From positions 4,400-68,399 of IMG/VR virus record IMGVR_UViG_3300030118_004979: a stretch of DNA of 64,000 nucleotides; one strand, given 5' to 3'. Each line of letters opens with the position of its first letter. The first letter of the stretch is position 1. This document shows, one piece after another, positions 39,889-49,012 of this stretch. Below the pieces are notes generated by a model. It was not told where the DNA came from, ran no database searches, and saw nothing but the letters and a program-made list of their open reading frames with translations. Made by a program: the position numbers and the translations under genes. The stretch is from a virus.

Positions 39889-40933
39889 CTCCTTGTAGTT
39901 TTGTAGAATCTTGTGCATCATTAATTAAATCTGATGGCATACTTAATTCAGTTCTTACTTCTAATGCTAATATTCTTTCTACTAAATCTTTAACATATTC
40001 CATAGGTAAAGGATATGGATCTATATCATCTCTATATTGTGCTGCAGTTCCTATTTTTGTTCTTTTAGCTACAACTTTTGTAGGATCTGAAAAAATTGCT
40101 CTTAAAGCTCCTTTATAAACCCATACAACAGATTTATTATCTAATGCGTCTGTATTATTCATATAGTTAGGAGATACTTGTAAATTAGTTATAGATACTG
40201 TTACCATATCTCTATCTAACTGATTTGTGCCAGATGTTGTAGAAAATTTAGCTAATGGTTGTTGGTTATATAAGTTACCTTGACCTGTTCTTATAGGTAC
40301 ATTAATTATTGATGTGCTTGCTGCTTGTCTGTTTGGATTAGAAGCTAAAACAGCTCTTCTAGATAAACTTACACTTCTTACAGATCTTAAATAATTATCT
40401 ACAGGTAATGGTTGTGGTACAGTAAAAACTAACCTACCATTATTTCTCCAATCACCCTGTATCAGCCTGTCTCTTTGTGGTTGTCCATAAGTGGTTCTAC
40501 TAAAAGCAGCTAAAGTATTTTGAGCATTTCCTGAAGAATCATATGTGATTGCAGAAAAGGCTGGTACATCTCCTTTTATTTGATTAGGATAAGTTGCATT
40601 ACTTCCTTGTTTTGGAATTAAACTTAAATAACGCACACCACCATCACCATACAGACTAGCGTCTGTAGGATCTGCATTACGAAAATCTGCTGTAAAGTTA
40701 TCTATATACTGAGCTACTACTTTATCAAATAAAGTGTATGCAGATAAATCATATACTTGAAATAAGTTATGATTTGTTAGCATGCCTCTGTTTAAATTAT
40801 CTGATATAATTTTAGCTCTATGATAATGTATCCAGCTTTTTATTTGTCTTAATGAAATACTCTCTTCAGTAGAATGACTACCACCATAAGCTAAGTTTTT
40901 GATATTGTATGCTATTTCGTTTAGAGTAATCAT
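39878..40933 (-). CDS. tail ring protein
   Basis: TLNEIAYNI..ISLRQIKSWIHYHRA N-terminus; AIFSDP..DPYPLP C-terminus. Confidence 0.7.
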   Translation of the reverse strand: MITLNEIAYNIKNLAYGGSHSTEESISLRQIKSWIHYHRAKIISDNLNRGMLTNHNLFQVYDLSAYTLFDKVVAQYIDNFTADFRNADPTDASLYGDGGVRYLSLIPKQGSNATYPNQIKGDVPAFSAITYDSSGNAQNTLAAFSRTTYGQPQRDRLIQGDWRNNGRLVFTVPQPLPVDNYLRSVRSVSLSRRAVLASNPNRQAASTSIINVPIRTGQGNLYNQQPLAKFSTTSGTNQLDRDMVTVSITNLQVSPNYMNNTDALDNKSVVWVYKGALRAIFSDPTKVVAKRTKIGTAAQYRDDIDPYPLPMEYVKDLVERILALEVRTELSMPSDLINDAQDSTKLQGGGA

Positions 40934-40953
40934 AGAATATTATTTGCGCTTTA

Positions 40954-40984
40954 CAAAATTAGTTAATTTTATCTAGTAAACAAA
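40954..40984 (-). promoter_or_regulatory. full Bacteroidota promoter TTTG-N19-TAATTTTG
   Basis: -33 TTTG at 40981-40984 and -7 element at 40954-40961 with a 19-nt spacer. Confidence 0.7.
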
Positions 40985-41022
40985 AATAGGCTTACACTAT
41001 TTCTAGTTTCGGCCTATTCTTG
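40975..41022 (-). terminator. stem-loop with U-rich tail (possible intrinsic terminator)
   Basis: CAAGAAUAGGC...GCCUAUUUUUG 11-bp stem with a 20-nt loop. Confidence 0.45.
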
Positions 41023-41046
41023 CAGCAGGGAGCAAAAGAAACTCGT

Positions 41047-42027
41047 CTACAAATTAGATTCATTATTTTGTACCTCATAATTAGAACTTTCAATTGCTGC
41101 AGACATCATTCTTGCAGCTATTTGAACTATTTCATGAGCCATAGATGAATTTAGCTGTGCAAATTCATTGGTAATTTTTCTATTTGTTGGTTCTCTAACA
41201 TATGATATTGTCAAACTATCAGAACTAGTTACTGTAGTAAGACTAGTTGGACTTGGCATTCGTAGTTCTAAATTAGAACCATAATTAACTCCACCATTTA
41301 TAATGTTTACACTAACAACTTGACCCCCTATAGTATTTACTGTAATTGATGCAGCACCCAATCCAGTCCCTGTGGTTAAAGGTGTTGTACCTGAAAGAAA
41401 TCCTATTCCAACAGGTATAGTTGCAGGAGATAAATACCCTGCTCCTGGATCAAGAATAGTTACTTGTATTATTTCTCCTGTGCTTGAATCTAATACATAT
41501 TGAAGCTTAGCGTCTCTAGCGCCAGGCATAACCGACTCATTATGAGGATAATAATATATGCCATTAGGATTAAAATCAATACTAGGATCAGTTTGAGCTA
41601 AAGTTGGTCCTATTGTCATTATAGGATGATCATAATCAGCTCTATTATATGGATCTTCACTAGCAGCTACTGTTCCATTATCTCCAGATAAATATTGAAA
41701 ATCTTCCCAACTTACTACTTTAGCCACCTTTCCATTTACAGTTCCTGATAATAAATGTAAATAATCTTCTACAGAACCATATGTTTGTCTTGTAGGATCA
41801 TCATCATATGGAGCAACCCCAGCCTTACCTCTAATAAAGATATTTTTAATAAAATAACCTAGCTTATCTCTTAACAATTGATTAGCACCCATAGCGTTAT
41901 AGTATTTATCAAAATACTCTACACCAGCTTTATTTAAAAAAGTATTTTTTTCTAATACAGTAAAATAAGCTTGATCTACTTTATCTATTAAAATATCTAA
42001 TTGCGCTCTGGCTTCGGTTAATGTCAT
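41047..42027 (-). CDS. tail ring protein with inserted beta-repeat
   Basis: MTLTEARAQLDILIDKV..FLNKA N-terminus; ISYVREP..HEIVQIAARM C-terminus. Confidence 0.7.
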   Translation of the reverse strand: MTLTEARAQLDILIDKVDQAYFTVLEKNTFLNKAGVEYFDKYYNAMGANQLLRDKLGYFIKNIFIRGKAGVAPYDDDPTRQTYGSVEDYLHLLSGTVNGKVAKVVSWEDFQYLSGDNGTVAASEDPYNRADYDHPIMTIGPTLAQTDPSIDFNPNGIYYYPHNESVMPGARDAKLQYVLDSSTGEIIQVTILDPGAGYLSPATIPVGIGFLSGTTPLTTGTGLGAASITVNTIGGQVVSVNIINGGVNYGSNLELRMPSPTSLTTVTSSDSLTISYVREPTNRKITNEFAQLNSSMAHEIVQIAARMMSAAIESSNYEVQNNESNL

Positions 42028-42752
42028 TATTTACTATTTTCTATTTCTTGTATATAAGAGCTTTCATTTAGTTTTGACTGTGATACTTCTTCAAGTTCAA
42101 GGCTTTTTGTTTCTTCTTTTTTACCTGTTCTTAATTGATGTTTAAGTAGCGCGTATGTATCTCCATTATCTTTTAACCAAACAATAGCTTGATCTTCAGT
42201 CAAACCAATATTTAATGTATTGTGTTTCCAAACACCATTTACTTTATTAAGTATTTTTTTATCTAAAGCTTTTTTCAAAAATATTCTATGCTCCTTATCT
42301 ATGTCATTTAGGTAAGACATAAACTTTTCTGGATTCTCATTAGCTATTTGAATTACTTTAGCTCTTAACAGCATTTCTTCCATTTTACTATCTACACCTA
42401 AAATCAAAGATAAATCTCTTAGATCTCTTTCTTCTAGTTTGCTAGCTGTAGTTATAGCTTTAGCGCTTTCAATAGAGCTTTTGGCTTTTTGCTGTTCATT
42501 ACTTGAAATATCTTCTATTGTAAATTTGCCTCTGATCAATGGATGATCTTTTAAAAATTCATATAACCTTTTGTCATATTCTTTGTTAATGTCTAAAGTA
42601 ACTATAGCTTGAAACATTTCAAAGCCCGATACTTTTATTCCATTAATATCAATGAGTTCTTTTAATCTACCCTCTCTGTCTTTATAATTTCCAAACTTAC
42701 AGTAATTAAACTTGCCTGGATTATTTGATTTGATTAATACTATGTGTTTCAT
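42027..42752 (-). CDS. conserved crAss-like head-module protein
   Basis: FLKDHP..NPEKF..ALDKKIL..G pattern; position downstream of the capsid gene. Confidence 0.6.
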   Translation of the reverse strand: MKHIVLIKSNNPGKFNYCKFGNYKDREGRLKELIDINGIKVSGFEMFQAIVTLDINKEYDKRLYEFLKDHPLIRGKFTIEDISSNEQQKAKSSIESAKAITTASKLEERDLRDLSLILGVDSKMEEMLLRAKVIQIANENPEKFMSYLNDIDKEHRIFLKKALDKKILNKVNGVWKHNTLNIGLTEDQAIVWLKDNGDTYALLKHQLRTGKKEETKSLELEEVSQSKLNESSYIQEIENSK

Positions 42753-42776
42753 TTTTCTTTTTTTAATTAATACTCC

Positions 42777-42983
42777 TTATTTGCTTATTGTTTTTCCTTT
42801 TCTTTCTCTTACAACCTTACCATTTTCTATCCAAGTTTTATTAGCAGACTCAGTCTTCCATTTAAAACCTGACTTGCCTCCAATATTAAATCTTACTTGA
42901 TTTTTTTTAGCATCCTCTACTTGTTTTTTTTCCCAAGCTTCTGGATCTTTAGCTATACTTTTTAAAAAATCTATAAAATTCAT
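42777..42983 (-). CDS. small basic hypothetical protein
   Basis: 68 aa; own -7 element 4 nt upstream. Confidence 0.55.
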   Translation of the reverse strand: MNFIDFLKSIAKDPEAWEKKQVEDAKKNQVRFNIGGKSGFKWKTESANKTWIENGKVVRERKGKTISK

Positions 42984-42987
42984 ATTA

Positions 42988-42995
42988 CAAATATA
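42988..42995 (-). promoter_or_regulatory. Bacteroidota -7 element TATATTTG
   Basis: Directly after a hairpin and 4 nt from ATG. Confidence 0.55.
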
Positions 42996-43004
42996 AAGAA
43001 TTTT

Positions 43005-43025
43005 GGGAGAGCATAAAGCTCCCCC
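43005..43025 (-). terminator. GC-rich hairpin after capsid-associated gene
   Basis: GGGGGAGC-UUUAU-GCUCUCCC; U-tail is weak. Confidence 0.5.
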
Positions 43026-43046
43026 TTAATTCAATATCTACATTTA

Positions 43047-43610
43047 TTATGCAGATGCAGATAATACTACACTAGCAGTTGCAATAGCAACAGTGTTGTA
43101 TCCAGTTAAATGCCAGTTAGCACCATCACAAAGACAAGTTATTCTCATACCTTCTAGGTCTTGAGAAGCACTTCCGTCAATAGTTAACTTAGAAGCATCA
43201 CCATCTACATCTCTAGCTGTACTATTAGCAGCACCATGTGCTATAGTTCCATAAAAATCTACTGCGTCAGCACCAGTAGTTAATATAAAATCTGCATCAT
43301 CGTCACTATCAACTAAAAAACAAAAATCGTAGTATACACCAGCCGATGTAGCCGCCGTAGGTAATGTTATTGTAATATCATTATCTACTGCAGATAAATC
43401 TACCGTATATAAAGTTCCAGATTCTGCTGTTGTTAATTGTCTAGTTACAGCAGATGCGTTAGTTAATGCCTCAACAGGTCTTGCTACCACCATGTGTGGA
43501 GCAAATTTTGCTTCATCACCAGCAGCTAAAGCACCGTTAGAAGTATCAACTCCTGCTGTAAACTTTTTGATTGCAGTTCTTAATTTATTAAAATCAAATT
43601 TTATTGCCAT
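43047..43610 (-). CDS. capsid decoration / head fibre-like protein
   Basis: LTTAESG..ITITLPTAATSAG..CDGANW; Ala/Thr/Asp-rich; two genes downstream of MCP. Confidence 0.6.
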   Translation of the reverse strand: MAIKFDFNKLRTAIKKFTAGVDTSNGALAAGDEAKFAPHMVVARPVEALTNASAVTRQLTTAESGTLYTVDLSAVDNDITITLPTAATSAGVYYDFCFLVDSDDDADFILTTGADAVDFYGTIAHGAANSTARDVDGDASKLTIDGSASQDLEGMRITCLCDGANWHLTGYNTVAIATASVVLSASA

Positions 43611-43634
43611 TTTTCTAAATTTATTATAGTTATT

Positions 43635-43676
43635 AAAAAAGAGGCCTGCATAAAGGCACGATCTTCTACAGACCTC
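43635..43676 (-). terminator. intrinsic terminator after capsid operon
   Basis: GAGGUCUGUA...UGCAGGCCUC stem followed by U6. Confidence 0.6.
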
Positions 43677-43692
43677 CGTTAGTTATTTATTG

Positions 43693-43995
43693 TTATGCGG
43701 ATTTATTATAATTCGCAACAGCGGTAATATCTGGGTGAGCAAACGCACTATTCAGACCATCAGCTATAGTAATGACACCGCTTGCAGTTGCAGCAATTCT
43801 TGCTACTTCTTTAGCTACGTCATCAGCCTTGCCTGAAGTACATGTCAGTTCAACACTACCTGCACCTCCGTCATCTCCTGCGAAATGAACATCAACTGCG
43901 GTAGCGCTTATTACTTCTATGTGGTGTATTTTTTCAACAGATACATAAGCACCATCATCTGCGTCTTTAACAAATCCTAAAAAAGCTCTAGGCAT
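43693..43995 (-). CDS. small capsid-associated protein
   Basis: Directly downstream of MCP, within the same terminator-bounded unit. Confidence 0.55.
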   Translation of the reverse strand: MPRAFLGFVKDADDGAYVSVEKIHHIEVISATAVDVHFAGDDGGAGSVELTCTSGKADDVAKEVARIAATASGVITIADGLNSAFAHPDITAVANYNKSA

Positions 43996-44022
43996 AATTT
44001 CTAAATTTTTAAGGGTTAATAA

Positions 44023-45564
44023 TTACGATGCACTCAATATACCACAAGACAATGGGTTTCTAACTAGAAGACCAGTTTCAGAAAGCACGTGTGCTTCAAA
44101 CTTGTCATCTGCATTAGCAGCCAAAATTGCGCTTTGGTCATAAGGGTTTACCATACCAGCTACATACTTCTTAATCATACTTCTATTTGTTCCTTCAGCT
44201 CCTTTAGTAACCATCTCAATGTTAGAAACACCTGATGTTCTTCCGAAGTCTAGGAATACCATTTTTGCAGACTCTTTTAATCTGTTGTCACCAAACGAGT
44301 TAGTTCCACCAGCAACAGAATGTAAATTTGGATCATCAAATACTGGGCAGTGAGCAATAGTAATTTTATTACCCAATGCACTATATGAAGTAAAGTTAGC
44401 GCCTAAATCAACATCACCACTTACACCTTGCATTGAACCACCAGTGAAAGCACCAGCAGGAGCAACAATAAGATCTTTCATAGCTCTGTGGAACGCTAAT
44501 CTTCCTTCTGTACCAGTCATTACAACATACTCATTACCTTCAGCTGAAGTAGCATTAAGAGATATCTTAGCGATAAACTCAGTAATAATATCTTCAGTTA
44601 AAGATCCTAAAGTATAAGATGCTTGGTTAGATGAATCAATTTGTGCTAATAGCCCATCACCAGTAACAATAGAAGTTGCTAATGTTCCTGATAATCCTGT
44701 TGCAGAACTGATAATAGAATCTGGTCTAGCAACACCTGAACTTTCATTAGTAATTGATTTTCTTCCATACCATCTTTGTAGTTCTTGTTGATACATAAAC
44801 TCATCCATCATCATTTGCTCTTTAGTGAAGTACCAAAGTCTTGAACCATTGTTTTCAATCCAAGAAACATCTGTAAGGTCTTTACCTGATACAGAAACTT
44901 TCTTTCTCATTGTAGTTAAATAGTTCTTGTGTGTTGAAGGATAAACGTAGTTTTCACCTACATCTGAACCGTTAGATCCATTTGGAAATGCAGATCCAAT
45001 TGAAGCAATAATAGCTTCATCAGCAACATCAGTTTCTAACAAAGGCTGTGCGCTTGCATCAATCATTTCAAATTTTACAATGAAATCAGTTGAAGCAGCA
45101 GAACCTGATGAGTTTGCTACTGGATCTTCCAATACAACAGCAACAGCTCCTGATTGAAATCTAACCATATCAAATTTATTTAAGAAATTACCAGTTCTTG
45201 TTCCAGCTGTACCATCAATGATAACTTCAAATACATCACCATTAGCATCTGCAGCATCTAATATAATTCCAGTTGTAGATGTTGGTGAACTTGTAAATGA
45301 TGTATCAGCAGATACTCCTTTAAAGAAACCAGTAGAAAATGATGGAGCGTTATATCTTCCCATAACTTTCCATTCAAATGAGTTGTCCCCTAGGACTTTC
45401 TCAGTAGCGAATCTTCCTGTTCTCTCTAACAGGTAAGTCGCAGCATAACGAGGATACTGTTGAATTAAAGTTCTAGCAATCTCTGGGTATTGCATTAGAG
45501 CTGTGTTCAACGCATTCTCGGCCGTAGTACCTGAACCGTAGGTACCTGTATAAACTCTAGCCAT
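44023..45564 (-). CDS. major capsid protein (crAss-like HK97 fold)
   Basis: FEWKVMG, NYLTTMRK, YVVMTGTEG..F, ITIAHCPVFDD, C-terminal ETGLLVRNP; order portal-scaffold-MCP. Confidence 0.85.
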   Translation of the reverse strand: MARVYTGTYGSGTTAENALNTALMQYPEIARTLIQQYPRYAATYLLERTGRFATEKVLGDNSFEWKVMGRYNAPSFSTGFFKGVSADTSFTSSPTSTTGIILDAADANGDVFEVIIDGTAGTRTGNFLNKFDMVRFQSGAVAVVLEDPVANSSGSAASTDFIVKFEMIDASAQPLLETDVADEAIIASIGSAFPNGSNGSDVGENYVYPSTHKNYLTTMRKKVSVSGKDLTDVSWIENNGSRLWYFTKEQMMMDEFMYQQELQRWYGRKSITNESSGVARPDSIISSATGLSGTLATSIVTGDGLLAQIDSSNQASYTLGSLTEDIITEFIAKISLNATSAEGNEYVVMTGTEGRLAFHRAMKDLIVAPAGAFTGGSMQGVSGDVDLGANFTSYSALGNKITIAHCPVFDDPNLHSVAGGTNSFGDNRLKESAKMVFLDFGRTSGVSNIEMVTKGAEGTNRSMIKKYVAGMVNPYDQSAILAANADDKFEAHVLSETGLLVRNPLSCGILSAS

Positions 45565-45647
45565 TTTTTTATTTTTAAATTAATTAAACATTTTACTTTG
45601 TCCAATTAACTTTCAACTCTATGCAGTCTTTGACTTACTATTTAAGT

Positions 45648-46679
45648 TTACTCTGTCATGAACGCTTTTGGATCAAACTTACCAGACTTTACTTTAAAGT
45701 TTGGCTTGCTTTTTCCAGTGTTAAGGTTTGGTGAGACTATACTATTCATTATAGCGGCTTTGCCGTCCTCTAAACCTTGAGTCCGAAGAATTTTTTCAAT
45801 CTGCTTTCTGTAAAGCATGAACATAGCTACGTCTGCGACATTGGCATGACTACTGTAAATATCGTCCATCATTTTACTTGTTGCATATCTATATACTTCT
45901 TCTTTCTGTTTTTTTGTCACCTTCCCGCCCATGAACTCATTCATGTCTTTGATTGTATTTTGTAATTCTTTTTTTGCTTTTTCTGCATTAGCCTTTTGTG
46001 CAGCAGCTGCACTTTGCTGTTGTTTTTTTAAGGTATTAGTATGCGACTCAATTGCATTGTTAATAACCTTTTTTACCTCTTTAGCTTTGATTTTAAGCAT
46101 ACCAGAGTCTTCTAGCTTGTCTAGTGACTCCTCAATTTCTGCATCATCCATGCCATTAGCTTTTAGTTCCTCACCTACTAAATCTCTGTCATTCAATGCT
46201 AAAAATTTTTGTAGTTGAACCACCTGAGTGTTAGATGTATCAACCTCTGGTCTTTGTGCTAAATCATTTAATGTGTTAATAATTTCTTCTTTACTTGCAC
46301 CCTCTATTCCTAATTCTTTAGAAACATCAGACCAGTTTATTTCAGAACTTGTTTGCTCATTGCTTTCAACTTCCTTTTTTTCTTCACCTTCCCAATTGTA
46401 GGATTCTTCTTTACTAGCCTCTGTAGTTTCTTCATCTTTGTTCCATGACCAGCCCTCCTCTTCTTGTGATTTTTCTTCAGATCCATCAGTAGACTCAACT
46501 GTATTTCCCTCAGTATTTTCTGTTGTTTCTTCCTCTTTTGATTCTTCAGAAATCGGTTTATCGGAAGCAAAAGCCAATGGATTAAACTTTTCATCACTTT
46601 CATTTTGTGGTGTTTCTTGTGTTTCTATTTCTGCTGCTTGTTCAACAGCTTCTACTATTTTTGATTCTTCTTTTGCCAT
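45648..46679 (-). CDS. acidic scaffold-like protein upstream of MCP
   Basis: Very Glu-rich N-terminus, coiled coil, conserved crAss-like position. Confidence 0.7.
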   Translation of the reverse strand: MAKEESKIVEAVEQAAEIETQETPQNESDEKFNPLAFASDKPISEESKEEETTENTEGNTVESTDGSEEKSQEEEGWSWNKDEETTEASKEESYNWEGEEKKEVESNEQTSSEINWSDVSKELGIEGASKEEIINTLNDLAQRPEVDTSNTQVVQLQKFLALNDRDLVGEELKANGMDDAEIEESLDKLEDSGMLKIKAKEVKKVINNAIESHTNTLKKQQQSAAAAQKANAEKAKKELQNTIKDMNEFMGGKVTKKQKEEVYRYATSKMMDDIYSSHANVADVAMFMLYRKQIEKILRTQGLEDGKAAIMNSIVSPNLNTGKSKPNFKVKSGKFDPKAFMTE

Positions 46680-46705
46680 ATTAATTTAATTTTTGTTCCC
46701 AAATG

Positions 46706-46713
46706 CAAAGATA
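46706..46713 (-). promoter_or_regulatory. Bacteroidota -7 element TATCTTTG driving scaffold/MCP
   Basis: Intergenic between portal and scaffold. Confidence 0.65.
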
Positions 46714-46721
46714 ATAATTTT

Positions 46722-49010
46722 TTAAATATCTTGAACTGCCCTGTCAAGCTCTTGTCTTGCTGTTTTTTCACCAACAGTTGTTTCAGGAGTTTCTTGATTT
46801 TTTTCTCTCATTCTTAATTCTGAATCTGCCACCTTTTTTATCATAGCAGAAGATTCTTTTGCATCATTAATATCACGCTGCGCATCTGTTTGCATCTTAG
46901 CAATTTTTATTTTAGTTTCAGCCTCTATATTAGCTATGTCTTTTTTAGCATCATTATCAACTTGTTTCAATGCTAATTGTTGTTGTATTTCAGCTTCCTT
47001 AGCTTGTTGAGCCATTTGTTGCTGTTGCATTAATATTTGTTGTTGCTGATCTTGCATACGTTTCATTTGCTCCATACCCTGCTCTAAAACTTTTTCAGCT
47101 TCAGTCATGGTATCAGCTTTTAACACTTTTATAACATTAAGAAGATCCACATTTCCTGATTGTAATGCTGCTTGTGATAATTGCTGAACAACTTGTTTCA
47201 TTGCATCATCTTTACCACTATCTCCAACATATACACCAAAATCTTGTAATGCTATGTTAGGCAAAACATTTAAAAATTTATATGCACCGTCTCCTAAAAT
47301 CATACCAGCTTTTTTACCACCAGCCCAACATATTTTCATAAGATTACAAAGTCTTTCAAAAACTCTTTGCTTAACTTCAGAGTGTGCTTGAAACCAGCTT
47401 TCTGTAATTGTTGCTGATTGCACCACACTTCTTTGCACGTTACCCACATATTCATATTGTCCTACAGCCCCTTCTCTTTGTCTACTAACGCCTGATATTT
47501 GTCCAGCCATTTCTTCTAACATAATTTTTAAATTAATTAGTTGCTGAACAGATTGTGATAATGTAAAGTCAATTTGCTGAAACTGATTAAATGAACTAAT
47601 TTGATTACCCTCATCTTTGGAGTTTATAGGTATAATACCATCAGTCTTTAAATGATAAAGGACTGTCTGTATATCCATACCTGCATTTGTAGGAAGCTGA
47701 GATACATCGTATACTACAGCCTTACCACCTGATCTTGCCATAGCTAGTTCTATTTGATAGATTACTATGTTATATAACATTTGAATATTATCTAATAAAT
47801 CAACTAATGATATAGGTTTGCCTGTTGTATTATTATATATACAACCTACATAAGACAATGGTGTAGTTCCAGGATCATCAACACTTCTTACTTGATTACT
47901 TCTTCTTGTAGCGTTTACTAAAATCTTACCACCAATTTTTGTAGCTTGCCATATATCATCTACATATTTAACTTCAACAGTTTCTCCTTTTCTAGCTTTA
48001 TAAGTATCTTTTACTAGCTTTCTGAATGGTCTATTAGGATCGTATTTATTATCTGAAACTTTAAATTTCAATGCTCTTAAAGATTTCCACTCACAAGATA
48101 CCACGCGTATTCTAGTTTCTTTACCATAACCAGCATCTATCCAATCAAAAGAACTATTATAATATTTTAAGTCAGGAGAACCACCATAAAGGTTTCTCAT
48201 TTTATCCAACTCAACTAAATCGCTTTCTGTAAGATCTTCTTTAAACTCATCGTTAATTTCATTTACAGTCATATATCTTTCTTCGCCCACCCAGCTAGCA
48301 TCATCTAAATAATCAGAATGTGAAGCACCATCAAAAACAATAGTTCTTGGATCTACACGCCTTACATATGGATCACCATTTTTAATGTAAGTTTTATAAA
48401 AAGATTTACCTGTTACTAATAAATCTCTAAACCCTTCTTTAAAAATATCTTTAACATGATATCTATTGATTATATATTCTAAACCATCTTGCGCCACCTC
48501 TTCTACCATTTCACGATAGTTATATTTCATATAAGTTTCTATATCTTCTGGCACAGCTATACCCTTACCTTGATCTTTAATTCTTATACCTTGTGTTTCT
48601 TCAAACTCTTGATGTATGTCTTTCAGCAAATCTGTCATTATAAGACCAACTTTGAAATCATGTTTTCTTAAAACAGCTTCTTTGTTTACCGTAGATACTT
48701 TCATATCTAAAGGTCTACGTAAAGACTCACCAACTAATAAATCTATTTTAGGTGTGATAATGGGATAGTTTACAAGTCTAGCTGGATATGTTAATCCATA
48801 TTGTTCTGTAATATAAGCATAGTCATCTTGATTTAGTTGACCATTATATATTTGATAATTTCTTATGTCTTTAGCTCTGCCTTCTTCATAGTTGTTTCCA
48901 TCATAAGACATAAAACTAATTATTGAGTCTAGAACCTGCTCACACCATTCAGGAGTTTTTTCTTCCTCTGGTATTATTAACGCAGGCATTGATGTGTAAT
49001 TATTCTTCAT
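46722..49010 (-). CDS. portal protein
   Basis: PARLVNYPIITPKIDLLVGE, ISGVSRQREG motifs; Gln-rich C-terminal barrel helix; follows TerL. Confidence 0.85.
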   Translation of the reverse strand: MKNNYTSMPALIIPEEEKTPEWCEQVLDSIISFMSYDGNNYEEGRAKDIRNYQIYNGQLNQDDYAYITEQYGLTYPARLVNYPIITPKIDLLVGESLRRPLDMKVSTVNKEAVLRKHDFKVGLIMTDLLKDIHQEFEETQGIRIKDQGKGIAVPEDIETYMKYNYREMVEEVAQDGLEYIINRYHVKDIFKEGFRDLLVTGKSFYKTYIKNGDPYVRRVDPRTIVFDGASHSDYLDDASWVGEERYMTVNEINDEFKEDLTESDLVELDKMRNLYGGSPDLKYYNSSFDWIDAGYGKETRIRVVSCEWKSLRALKFKVSDNKYDPNRPFRKLVKDTYKARKGETVEVKYVDDIWQATKIGGKILVNATRRSNQVRSVDDPGTTPLSYVGCIYNNTTGKPISLVDLLDNIQMLYNIVIYQIELAMARSGGKAVVYDVSQLPTNAGMDIQTVLYHLKTDGIIPINSKDEGNQISSFNQFQQIDFTLSQSVQQLINLKIMLEEMAGQISGVSRQREGAVGQYEYVGNVQRSVVQSATITESWFQAHSEVKQRVFERLCNLMKICWAGGKKAGMILGDGAYKFLNVLPNIALQDFGVYVGDSGKDDAMKQVVQQLSQAALQSGNVDLLNVIKVLKADTMTEAEKVLEQGMEQMKRMQDQQQQILMQQQQMAQQAKEAEIQQQLALKQVDNDAKKDIANIEAETKIKIAKMQTDAQRDINDAKESSAMIKKVADSELRMREKNQETPETTVGEKTARQELDRAVQDI

Positions 49011-49012
49011 AT

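Noticed and set aside
45565-45647. Structured RNA leader upstream of MCP
   Set aside because: Only very short pairings (GTC-AAA-GAC) were visible, which is insufficient support.
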